Positions 24,321-31,759 of a DNA stretch of 32,000 nt are shown one piece after another (position 1 is the stretch's first letter; each line of letters begins with the position of its first letter). The translations under genes and the position numbers were made by a program. Below the pieces are notes generated by a model. The model did no database searches, had not been told where the DNA came from, and saw only the letters and a program-made list of their open reading frames with translations. Source of the stretch: Pelotomaculum propionicicum (lineage in GTDB: Bacteria; Bacillota; Desulfotomaculia; Desulfotomaculales; Pelotomaculaceae); the NCBI RefSeq assembly GCF_048984525.1, contig NZ_JBMGJC010000002.1, positions 1,078 through 33,077 on the forward strand, written 5' to 3'.

Positions 24321-24519
24321 TTGGGCTTTAATTGATAAAGTAACTGGTCAAATTATAAACGCTGTCTCAACTATAAACGAAGGGGTTAAACCTTTACCTG
24401 AAAGCGAAAACCAGGAAGTACTTTCAGTGTCTCAGGCTGGTTTTTACGGGATTATAAATGGACAACTAAAATATTACAACTATAATACCGATCAACTGGA
24501 GCCCGACGCAACCAAGTAA
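24313..24519 (+). CDS. Small protein after the fibre genes (fibre-chaperone position), function unknown
   Basis: AGGTGA RBS 7 nt before ATG 24313; the track's TTG at 24307 is too close to the RBS. 68 aa. Confidence 0.45.
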   Translation: MYNWALIDKVTGQIINAVSTINEGVKPLPESENQEVLSVSQAGFYGIINGQLKYYNYNTDQLEPDATK

Positions 24520-24592
24520 GCTCATATATGGGCTAAAATGCGCAGTGAGGCTCCGGCTTTTAAAGGACTGATTATTCCTAGAGGTGATAATT

Positions 24593-25150
24593 GTGGAGTT
24601 AGATCGCCTGTTCCAGGTTAATTTCAAGCCCGTGTGGGCTTTTTTATTTGCTGTTTTTAATTATTTGATCTGTCCGAACGCGGCGTACCTTCCGGCCATT
24701 GCGGCGGTCTGGGTGGCTGTGATCCTTGACATTTTTACCCGGCTTTTTGCAAATTCACGCCGTTGCGGGGGGTTTTTGAAAGCAATCCGGGAACGGGTTA
24801 TCTCCAGTGACACGCTTTGGAACAGGACTGTTGTCAAGGTAGTGGCATACCTGTGCCTGCAGATTCTGGCCGGGCTCTCCTTACGAGTCCTGCCGCTGGA
24901 ACAAGTCAGTATAGCCGTGGCAACGGTTATCTACTCCTTCCTGTTTGTCAGGGAGGCCACCAGTGTGGTTGAGAACCTGGTTGAAGCCGGGGCAGATGAT
25001 CTGAAACCCCTGCTTTGCTGGTTGAAAAGGAAAGAAACGGATTTAACAGAAGACCGGTTGGATGTAAAAAAACAGAACAGCCAATACGGAGGAAAAATAA
25101 CCGGGACTATCCCTGAACAAGCTGACCAGGAGGTAAAAAAGGATGTTTAA
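24593..25150 (+). CDS. Phage holin (holin_4/LL-H-like family)
   Basis: Multiple TM helices, with ..ILDIFTRLFA..., ..KVVAYLCLQILAG... and ..YSFLFVREATSVVENLVEAG.. typical of this holin family. The start (GTG 24584 or 24593) is uncertain. Confidence 0.7.
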   Translation: MELDRLFQVNFKPVWAFLFAVFNYLICPNAAYLPAIAAVWVAVILDIFTRLFANSRRCGGFLKAIRERVISSDTLWNRTVVKVVAYLCLQILAGLSLRVLPLEQVSIAVATVIYSFLFVREATSVVENLVEAGADDLKPLLCWLKRKETDLTEDRLDVKKQNSQYGGKITGTIPEQADQEVKKDV

Positions 25151-25883
25151 GGTTGTAATTGATCCGGGACACGGCGGTGAAGATCCCGGCGCAGTTGGTC
25201 CCGGCGGGGTACAAGAGAAAAGCGTTAACCTCGCGGTTGCTAAACGAATTGCTAGCTTGCTATCCCCGGTGGCAGAGGTACGGTTGACAAGGACAGAGGA
25301 GGAAGCCCTGGGGACAGATGACCGGAGTGATCTATATGGCCGGGCGGCCCTGGCCAACGAATGGGTAGCTGATTGTTTCGTGAGCATACACTGCAACGGT
25401 GCAGCCGATCCGTCAGCACATGGCACGGAAACATACCATTATCCCGACAGCGGGCAGGGGAGAGAACTGGCACAGGCAATACACTCAAGATTGATCCCTG
25501 ACCTTGGATTGACCGACCGGGGCGTAAAGCAAGCAAACTTTAAAGTCTTGAGGCAGACTGATTGTCCAGCCTGTTTGGTTGAACTGGCCTTTATCTCAAA
25601 TCCGGAAGAGGAGAGGCTGCTGGAAAACCGGGACTTCCAGGAGACAGCGGCGCAGGCGGTGGCTGCCGGTATCGCCGATTTTCTTGGGGCGTGTCTACAA
25701 CCGGCACCTGCGCCGGAGACCGTTGCTCCCACTAATCCGGAACTGGATGATTGGAAGTTGAAGATCGTGCGGGAAGCACGGGAAGCAGGGCTGATAAGCC
25801 AGGACCATGATCCGGATGAATCAGGTGCGGTATGGTTTGTCCTGGCCATAGCGTTAAATTTGTTAAAGGTGGTGAAAGGATGA
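25143..25883 (+). CDS. N-acetylmuramoyl-L-alanine amidase (Amidase_3) endolysin with short C-terminal binding motif
   Basis: VVIDPGHGGEDPGAVG...SIHCNG...HGTETY...DRGVKQANFKVLRQTDCPACLVELAFISNPEE is Amidase_3. The C-terminal DDWKLKIVREAREAGLISQDH..WFVLAIALNLLK resembles the Amidase02_C motif. Confidence 0.85.
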   Translation: MFKVVIDPGHGGEDPGAVGPGGVQEKSVNLAVAKRIASLLSPVAEVRLTRTEEEALGTDDRSDLYGRAALANEWVADCFVSIHCNGAADPSAHGTETYHYPDSGQGRELAQAIHSRLIPDLGLTDRGVKQANFKVLRQTDCPACLVELAFISNPEEERLLENRDFQETAAQAVAAGIADFLGACLQPAPAPETVAPTNPELDDWKLKIVREAREAGLISQDHDPDESGAVWFVLAIALNLLKVVKG

Positions 25884-26101
25884 GACCGTTTCTGGAGAGG
25901 TTGAAATCAAGGAAATTAATCATGGCCCTGGTTGCAGCAGGGGTCTCTTGTGTAAAAGCCTGCTACCCGGACTTTCCAGACAAGGCGTTGTACACTATTG
26001 TGGGGGCGCTCATGGGTTATGTGGCTGTTGAAGGTTTAGTGGATTCTGCCGCGCAGTTGGCCAAATGGGCTAAAGCAAAGTGCGATGCTACCGTTAAATA
26101 A
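25880..26101 (+). CDS. Small membrane protein (second holin-like/lysis accessory)
   Basis: ATGA overlap with the amidase stop. 73 aa with two hydrophobic segments (LIMALVAAGVSCV; LYTIVGALMGYVAVEGLV) and a charged tail. Confidence 0.5.
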   Translation: MRPFLERLKSRKLIMALVAAGVSCVKACYPDFPDKALYTIVGALMGYVAVEGLVDSAAQLAKWAKAKCDATVK

Positions 26102-26178
26102 ATACACCTTAAGATAAAGCAGTTTAATATCATTCACAAAATGGCAAAATGTACTGAAATAGGAAAAGATATTTGGAA

Positions 26179-26212
26179 CAAAACCACCTCCTTTTATTGG
26201 GGGTGGTTTTTT
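26179..26212 (+). terminator. Strong rho-independent terminator closing the tail/lysis cluster
   Basis: AAAACCACCTCC-ttttatt-GGGGGTGGTTTTTT. Confidence 0.85.
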
Positions 26213-26300
26213 GCATTTATAATAGCTATACAGTCTTCTCGCCTTTCCCGGCTTTTTAATTAGATATATTTTAAATCCACCAATTAGCTCTTAAAAGAAT

Positions 26301-26879
26301 CTAAATCTCTGCAATATATTCCTTAACATCTTCCAGCATCTTTCTTCGTGCTTCGTCATCCACATACGGCACGGCAAAAAAATTCTTATGGCGGGCGTCG
26401 GTTATTCCTACAAAGCCCAGGATCCCCTTGATCATGGTGGTTTCTATAGCGTCAAGCAGGCCGTCCTGGCCGGCTTTTTTTTCGTCGGCGCCTGATGTCG
26501 TTATGACAACCGCGCGTTTGTTTGCAAGCAAACCTGACGGGCCGTTTTCAGTCATATGATAGGCATAGCCAAAGCTGAACACTCTGTCGATCCACCCTTT
26601 TAATACGGCCGGATGCGAGAACCACCAGATGGGGTAGATAAAAACCAGGGTATCAGCCCAGGTTACATCAGCCTGCTCTTGCGCGGTGTCCTGGAGTGTT
26701 TTACCGGCTTGCATCTGCTCGAAGTCTGAACCCGAGAGGATGGGGTTCCATTTCATGGCATAGAGGTCTTTAACTTTTACGTGTGCATTCTTTTTGGCCA
26801 GTTCCCCCCTGACAGTTTCGAGTATGGCGTGGTTGAAGCTCATAGGGTTTGGATGGGTGTAAACGATAAGCACTTTCAT
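26301..26879 (-). CDS. Flavodoxin-like-fold NAD(P)H (quinone) oxidoreductase
   Basis: MKVLIVYTHPNP.SFNHAI......EL......V.V.DLY..KWNP.LS..DF and ..L.F.YPIWWFS.PA.LKGWIDRVF fit the Flavodoxin_2/NQO-type pattern. AGGAGG RBS. Confidence 0.8.
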   Translation of the reverse strand: MKVLIVYTHPNPMSFNHAILETVRGELAKKNAHVKVKDLYAMKWNPILSGSDFEQMQAGKTLQDTAQEQADVTWADTLVFIYPIWWFSHPAVLKGWIDRVFSFGYAYHMTENGPSGLLANKRAVVITTSGADEKKAGQDGLLDAIETTMIKGILGFVGITDARHKNFFAVPYVDDEARRKMLEDVKEYIAEI

Positions 26880-27050
26880 ACATGGTACCTCCTGTTTAGT
26901 GTCTGTTTTTATATTTGTATTTCTTCAGTTTTATATGCAAAAATTTAGTGCTTATCGTAAGTTCTCATAAACATCCAGCCTGACATAGTAAAATTTTCCT
27001 GTAAAATGGGCAAAATGGTTATATAGCTGTAAGGTTGCGGAGGGTTATTT

Positions 27051-28103
27051 ATGAACAGATTTAGAGGTAACAAACTATTATCAATAAGAGGCCGGAATTT
27101 CCGGCCGAGTTTCGCGCGCTGGCGGGAGAGGCGGGATAAAGGCGCTGTCCTGCGTTATTTTTTCCAGAAGCCGAAAGAAGACGCCAGGACCTTGATCGGT
27201 AAAAGCGTTGATTATATCGGCGGGCTTTTGCTGGTCTGGCTGGCCGGTTTTCTATTGCTGTTGAACCTGACCGGCAAGCCCGCCGCTTCTTTGGCCATCT
27301 CGCTGCTGCTGCTGGCCGCGGATGCTGCGGTGTTGAAAAAAGTTTTAAGAAAAAGGGATAAGAGGCGGAAAATCCAGCAGGGTTTCTGGCTGGCCGGGCA
27401 GAGGTTTATGGACGATATACTCAGGCTGCCTATAAGAGAATTTAAGCCTTATATCAGGGATATGCTGAACAGCCTGCCCGGTTTTCAGGAGGTGACTCTA
27501 AGGGCTGACGGGAAGAAGCAGTACAAATGGGACGGGCTGATCGATATGAAGGGTATTTATAAAGGTGTCCCGCTGGGTGTGAAATGCTCGCGGCCGGATG
27601 GAGACAGAAAAATAAGTTCTGAAGAAGTCCGGTCTTTTGCCGGCGCCCTGCAGGGTGAAGGGCTAAAGAACGGGATCTATATAACCTCCGGAGACTTTGA
27701 TGCCGGTGTCATCCAGGTCACCAGGGAGTCATTCCGGGGAGGCGCCAAAATAATGCTGGTAAACCGGTACGGGCTGGTTGATCTGGCCAGGCAGGCCGGC
27801 TGGGGAGTTTTCAGGGAGGACGTGGACTTGTCCGGAGTATCTCCCGCGTTGAAGAAAAGAAAACAAAATAGCCTTGATGTCTTTCTTGAATCAGCCTTTG
27901 GAAACAGAAAAAAAGCAAAAAGTTACTTTGTTTACGGGCTCCTGCTATACGGAGGTTATCTCATATTAAAAGATACGACCACGTTCAGCCTGGTCTACCT
28001 TTTATTCACTGTTATAAATCTTCTGTTGGGAGCGGGCAGCCTGCTGTTCGGAAAAACGCTTGACCAAACAGATCCCCTGGCCGGACTGGGACCCGAGAAG
28101 TAG
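27051..28103 (+). CDS. Membrane protein with central Mrr-type restriction-endonuclease-like (Mrr_cat) domain
   Basis: DGLIDMKG...PLGVKCSR......ISSEEVRSFAGAL....LKNGIYITSGDFDAGV....RE......I.LVNRYGLVDLA is the Mrr_cat D-(D/E)xK pattern. TM helices lie on both sides (residues ~55-95 and ~295-335). Confidence 0.6.
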   Translation: MNRFRGNKLLSIRGRNFRPSFARWRERRDKGAVLRYFFQKPKEDARTLIGKSVDYIGGLLLVWLAGFLLLLNLTGKPAASLAISLLLLAADAAVLKKVLRKRDKRRKIQQGFWLAGQRFMDDILRLPIREFKPYIRDMLNSLPGFQEVTLRADGKKQYKWDGLIDMKGIYKGVPLGVKCSRPDGDRKISSEEVRSFAGALQGEGLKNGIYITSGDFDAGVIQVTRESFRGGAKIMLVNRYGLVDLARQAGWGVFREDVDLSGVSPALKKRKQNSLDVFLESAFGNRKKAKSYFVYGLLLYGGYLILKDTTTFSLVYLLFTVINLLLGAGSLLFGKTLDQTDPLAGLGPEK

Positions 28104-28128
28104 CAATTAGCGGAGCGGGATGTTTGGC

Positions 28129-28932
28129 TTACCAGGCGGGAGGAGTGTGTTCATCAACGCCGGCGAAAGTATAGCCCCTGGACTTAAGAAAATCAATTAT
28201 TTCCGGCAGCGCGGCCACATCGCTTTCGCGGCTTCTGATATAGTTTTCAACCGCCTCCCCCGGGTTTTCCAGGCCAAGGTAAATCTCAGTTCCGTCGTGC
28301 ATCAGAATAATAGGCGCTTTCTCCATTTTTTCCATGTTGATGACGCCGTTTTTAACATTTGAAACGAGTTGTTCCTTGCCGATACCTTTTGGGTCCGAGT
28401 CCGCGCTGGAGACATTCCAGTCCAGCGTTTTATAACCGCTGCTGCAAATAAATTCATAAAAATCTTGATTAAGCCTGGAGGAGCCGCCGGGAGCCCTGTA
28501 TATTTTAACCGCTTTGCCTCCAAACGCAGTTATTATTTTATCACACCTGTCCAGGTCAGACAGGAATGCTTCGGGACTTTCGTAAAGCTTTTTATAATCA
28601 TGGCAGAAGGTATGGTTGACGACACTGTGACCCTCGTCCAATATCCGCTTGAAAACTTCAGGGTTCTTTTCAATATTGCTCCCGATTACTACAAATGTTG
28701 CTTTTACGCCGCTTTGTTTCAGGATGTCAAGGATCAGTTTTGTAAAGTATGAATTGGGTCCATCGTCAAAAGTCAGGTAAACCTTCTTGGCCGGATCAGG
28801 AACAATATCCTGGGCGCCCGCCACAACAACGGCCTCATGTCCGGCTGGCGCCAGAGGCTCGGTTGATGCTTTGGCGCAGCCGCTGATAAGAACAGCAGCC
28901 GCAATAATCAGAAGCGCGAATCTGTAAATCAT
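28129..28932 (-). CDS. Polysaccharide deacetylase (NodB homology) lipoprotein
   Basis: Lipobox LISGC. VYLTFDDGPN...ATFVVIGSN......ILDEGHSVVNHTFCHDY are NodB motifs. AGGGGAG RBS. Confidence 0.85.
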   Translation of the reverse strand: MIYRFALLIIAAAVLISGCAKASTEPLAPAGHEAVVVAGAQDIVPDPAKKVYLTFDDGPNSYFTKLILDILKQSGVKATFVVIGSNIEKNPEVFKRILDEGHSVVNHTFCHDYKKLYESPEAFLSDLDRCDKIITAFGGKAVKIYRAPGGSSRLNQDFYEFICSSGYKTLDWNVSSADSDPKGIGKEQLVSNVKNGVINMEKMEKAPIILMHDGTEIYLGLENPGEAVENYIRSRESDVAALPEIIDFLKSRGYTFAGVDEHTPPAW

Positions 28933-29109
28933 GTCAAGCTCCCCTTAAGCGATGTTTGTATACCTTACGCATAACAAAGACATCTTTTTTAAAACAATAG
29001 ATATGTTTCCTTGTTTTTTTGTGAAGTCCTGCCGGAATACGTCGGTTTTTCTGCCAAAGTACTGTAAATGTTTTTTTTGCATAAAATATTTGGGCGGGAG
29101 GTTTTTTAA

Positions 29110-29334
29110 ATGTCTGTAAAAAACAGGATCAGGCACTGGAGACAGGAACTGGGTTATGAGGACTGTCTTCAATTTGCCGAATTAATAGGTTTTTCCGCCT
29201 GGATGGTGGAAAGGTGGGAAGAACAGAGAATTCAGCCAACGCTTGAGGCCCTCTGCCGGGTCAGAGAAAGACTGCTTCCTCACTGTCCCGGATTGAAACT
29301 GGAGGACCTGGTAGACTATATTCCCGAGGATTAA
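29110..29334 (+). CDS. Small HTH (XRE-like) protein
   Basis: IRHWRQELGYEDCLQFAELIGFSAWMVERWEEQRIQPTLEALCRV follows the HTH_XRE spacing. It is followed by a strong terminator. Confidence 0.55.
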   Translation: MSVKNRIRHWRQELGYEDCLQFAELIGFSAWMVERWEEQRIQPTLEALCRVRERLLPHCPGLKLEDLVDYIPED

Positions 29335-29358
29335 AAGGCCGGTTGTATCCGGCCTTTT
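29333..29358 (+). terminator. Rho-independent terminator
   Basis: AAAAGGCCGG-ttgtat-CCGGCCTTTT. Confidence 0.85.
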
Positions 29359-29472
29359 GATATTGGAGACATACCTCGACATGCTTATGACAAAGGAGTG
29401 TTCCCCTGTGTAACACTTACTACCACAAGTATCGTCATAGAGCAAAGCCATATAATCGGGGACATAAATTGA

Positions 29473-29500
29473 GTCGTGGGTCGTGGGTCGTGAGTCGTGG
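29473..29500 (+). repeat. Tandem heptanucleotide array (GTCGTGG x3, GTCGTGA x1)
   Basis: gtcgtgg gtcgtgg gtcgtga gtcgtgg read directly from the sequence. Confidence 0.9.
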
Positions 29501-29551
29501 GATTCATGTATTCCATTCGAGTCTTTAACCCTAAAGGTCTGTCATGCACTC

Positions 29552-29646
29552 TCACGTCTAATATCTCATATCTCACGTCTCATTTAGTGTGTCCCCGTTC
29601 CGCTGTCATAGTATGTTTTGTTACGATACAAGTCTGCTGAAATACG
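29552..29646 (+). repeat. Composite repeat unit A: 35-nt heptad-periodic array + 59-nt conserved box
   Basis: tcacgtc taatatc tcatatc tcacgtc tcattta, then box tgtgtccccgttccgctgtcatagtatgttttgttacgatacaagtctgctgaaatacg (29588-29646). Confidence 0.85.
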
Positions 29647-29673
29647 TGCTAAGAAACCGAACGCTTTGTTTTT

Positions 29674-29767
29674 TCCGACGTCCGACATCCGACGACTGAC
29701 GACTGAATTGTGTCCCCATTCCGCTGTCATAGTATGTTTTGTTACGATACGAGTCTGCTGACATACG
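29674..29767 (+). repeat. Composite repeat unit B: 35-nt heptad-periodic array + 59-nt conserved box
   Basis: tccgacg tccgaca tccgacg actgacg actgaat, then the box at 29709-29767, 56/59 identical to 29588-29646. A third partial box (tgtgtctccattccgatgt) lies at 29771-29789. Confidence 0.85.
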
Positions 29768-29882
29768 AGGTGTGTCTCCATTCCGATGTTGGGGACTTGT
29801 CTTTGCAGCCGGCTGCAATTATTATTATAAGCAGGTGGAGGCGCCGGTTATCGCTTTTTATTTGTATACAAGGAGTATGTGA

Positions 29883-30629
29883 ATGCATTACAGCGAAAAG
29901 ATTAACTGCCTGGCTGGCTTTATAAAAAAATCAGCACACACCTTAGCCCTGACCGGGGCGGGCATAAGCACCGAAAGCGGCATCCCGGATTTCCGCAGCC
30001 CCGGCACCGGTCTCTGGACAAAGTTCGACCCAATCAAGGTAGCAACCGTGTCCGCACTGAAGCGCGACCCTGCCGCTTTTTACGAAATTAACCTTGACCG
30101 CTGGACCCGTTATACCGGGGTTGAACCCAACGCCGCCCACTATGCCCTGGCCAGGCTGGAGAGTGAAGGCCTCCTGCAAGGCGTGATCACACAAAACATT
30201 GACGGCCTGCACCGCAAAGCGGGGTCAAAGCAGCTCTGGGAAGTGCACGGCCACCTGAGGACCTGCCACTGTATGGGTTGCAAGGAAAGCTACCCGTTGG
30301 ATTTCCTTGTCAACCAGTTTAACGACGGGACGAACCCGCCCCGCTGCAAGAGATGCGGTGGTGTGCTGAGGCTTGACGTGGTGTTGTTCGAGGATCCGCT
30401 GGGGGAGGATTTTACGGGGGCTGTATACGCTATGAACAAATGCCGCCTGTTGATAGTGGTAGGCAGCAGCCTGCAGGTATACCCGGTGGCATCGCTCCCG
30501 GAAAGGGCAAGGCAGCTTGTTATTATTAACAAAGAACCCACCCCCTGGGATGACCGTGCGGATTTAGTGATCAATGATATGGCGGGGAGCGTCCTGACCG
30601 ACGTCCTGGCCGCCCTGGAAAAGCTGTAA
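29883..30629 (+). CDS. cobB: Sir2-family NAD-dependent protein deacylase
   Basis: GAGISTESGIPDFRSPGTGLW, QNIDGLH and zinc-ribbon CxxC...CxxC (CMGC...CKRCG) motifs. AAGGAG RBS. Confidence 0.85.
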   Translation: MHYSEKINCLAGFIKKSAHTLALTGAGISTESGIPDFRSPGTGLWTKFDPIKVATVSALKRDPAAFYEINLDRWTRYTGVEPNAAHYALARLESEGLLQGVITQNIDGLHRKAGSKQLWEVHGHLRTCHCMGCKESYPLDFLVNQFNDGTNPPRCKRCGGVLRLDVVLFEDPLGEDFTGAVYAMNKCRLLIVVGSSLQVYPVASLPERARQLVIINKEPTPWDDRADLVINDMAGSVLTDVLAALEKL

Positions 30630-30769
30630 AATTGGCAATATTGACCTTCATTAAGCTGTTTTAAAAACGGGAAAGATAAAAAAGGTTTGACCGGACAGGG
30701 GAATTGGCAGATTATGAAGAATATAATTGATTAGATTCGCCGTGTTAAGGATACAGGAGGGGACACCGC

Positions 30770-31438
30770 GTGATACCTTTAAGAGACGATATTCCTTCCA
30801 GCACCTTCCCAGTTGTAAATTACCTTTTAATCGCAGCCAACCTGGCTGTCTTTGGCTTTGAGCTGTCATTGGGCAGGTCCCTGGACCAGTACATATATAC
30901 GCACGCGGTTATCCCGGCCCAGGTGGTCAGTGTCGGTTTGACAGCGGACCAGTTCATAAGGATGACGGTAACCATGTTTTTCCACGGGGGCTGGCTGCAT
31001 GTACTGAGCAATATGCTGTACCTCTGGATCTTCGGCGATAATGTGGAAGACCGCATGGGCCATTTTAAATACCTGGTATTTTACCTTATAGCCGGTTATG
31101 TCGCCACGTTTGCCCATATATTCTTCTACCCAACGTCAAATACTCCCCTGGTGGGCGCCAGCGGCGCTATTGCGGGAGTCCTGGGCGCATACCTGATTTT
31201 GTTCCCCCGGGCCAGGATACTGACACTGATTTTCATTTTTATAATCATCCAGGTTATACCCATACCCGCCATAGTGTTCCTGGGCATCTGGTTTGTACTC
31301 CAGCTGTTAAGCGGCACTGCCAGCTTGTCCGGCCAGGCGGCACAGAGCGTGGCTTTTTGGGCCCATGTGGGGGGGTTTGTGGCCGGTATGCTGCTGGTGA
31401 AATTATTTGTCACGAGGAAGGTAAATATTAGATACTGA
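30770..31438 (+). CDS. Rhomboid-family intramembrane serine protease
   Basis: HGGWLHVLSNMLYLWIFG, GASGAIAGVLGAY (catalytic Ser) and AHVGGFVAG (catalytic His). AGGAGGGG RBS before GTG 30770. Confidence 0.85.
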   Translation: MIPLRDDIPSSTFPVVNYLLIAANLAVFGFELSLGRSLDQYIYTHAVIPAQVVSVGLTADQFIRMTVTMFFHGGWLHVLSNMLYLWIFGDNVEDRMGHFKYLVFYLIAGYVATFAHIFFYPTSNTPLVGASGAIAGVLGAYLILFPRARILTLIFIFIIIQVIPIPAIVFLGIWFVLQLLSGTASLSGQAAQSVAFWAHVGGFVAGMLLVKLFVTRKVNIRY

Positions 31439-31500
31439 GCTTAAAAAGGATCACCTTTTGCCTTGTCGAATCTTTTAATAAATAAGGCTGAGGTGATAAT

Positions 31501-31668
31501 ATGATCAAATTTATCTGCGACTGTGGCAACCAGGACCCGGTAGGATTTGACGTATACGTGTCTCAGAGCGACCTCTGCGATATCCTGACAGTTGTATGTA
31601 AATGCTGCGGGGATATCAGGGAAGAATTTGTAGCCTGCGACAGGGGCACAATTTCATTAATGAAGTAA
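31501..31668 (+). CDS. Unlisted 55-aa cysteine-rich protein (below the ORF-track size cut-off)
   Basis: GAGGTGA RBS 6 nt before ATG 31501. It reads MIKFICDCGNQDPVGFDVYVSQSDLCDILTVVCKCCGDIREEFVACDRGTISLMK* and is followed by a terminator. Confidence 0.5.
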   Translation: MIKFICDCGNQDPVGFDVYVSQSDLCDILTVVCKCCGDIREEFVACDRGTISLMK

Positions 31669-31672
31669 GTTT

Positions 31673-31705
31673 AAAACTCCGCTTTATTCAAGCGGGGTTT
31701 TTTCT
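31673..31705 (+). terminator. Rho-independent terminator
   Basis: AAAACTCCGC-tttattcaa-GCGGGGTTTTTT. Confidence 0.8.
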
Positions 31706-31759
31706 TTGGCAAATGCCCTGCCCCGGCATAAAATGTATAAATTTATTATTACCGGGGGT

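Noticed and set aside
29588-29790. CRISPR-like array (two and a half copies of a repeat separated by about 62 nt).
   Set aside because: The repeat is 59 nt, far longer than CRISPR repeats. There are only two full copies and no cas genes nearby. The 'spacers' are low-complexity heptad arrays.
29360-29882. Riboswitch (e.g. cobalamin) or another known leader RNA upstream of the Sir2/cobB gene.
   Set aside because: I could find no B12-box-like or other riboswitch core motif by eye. The region is dominated by direct repeats rather than nested helices.
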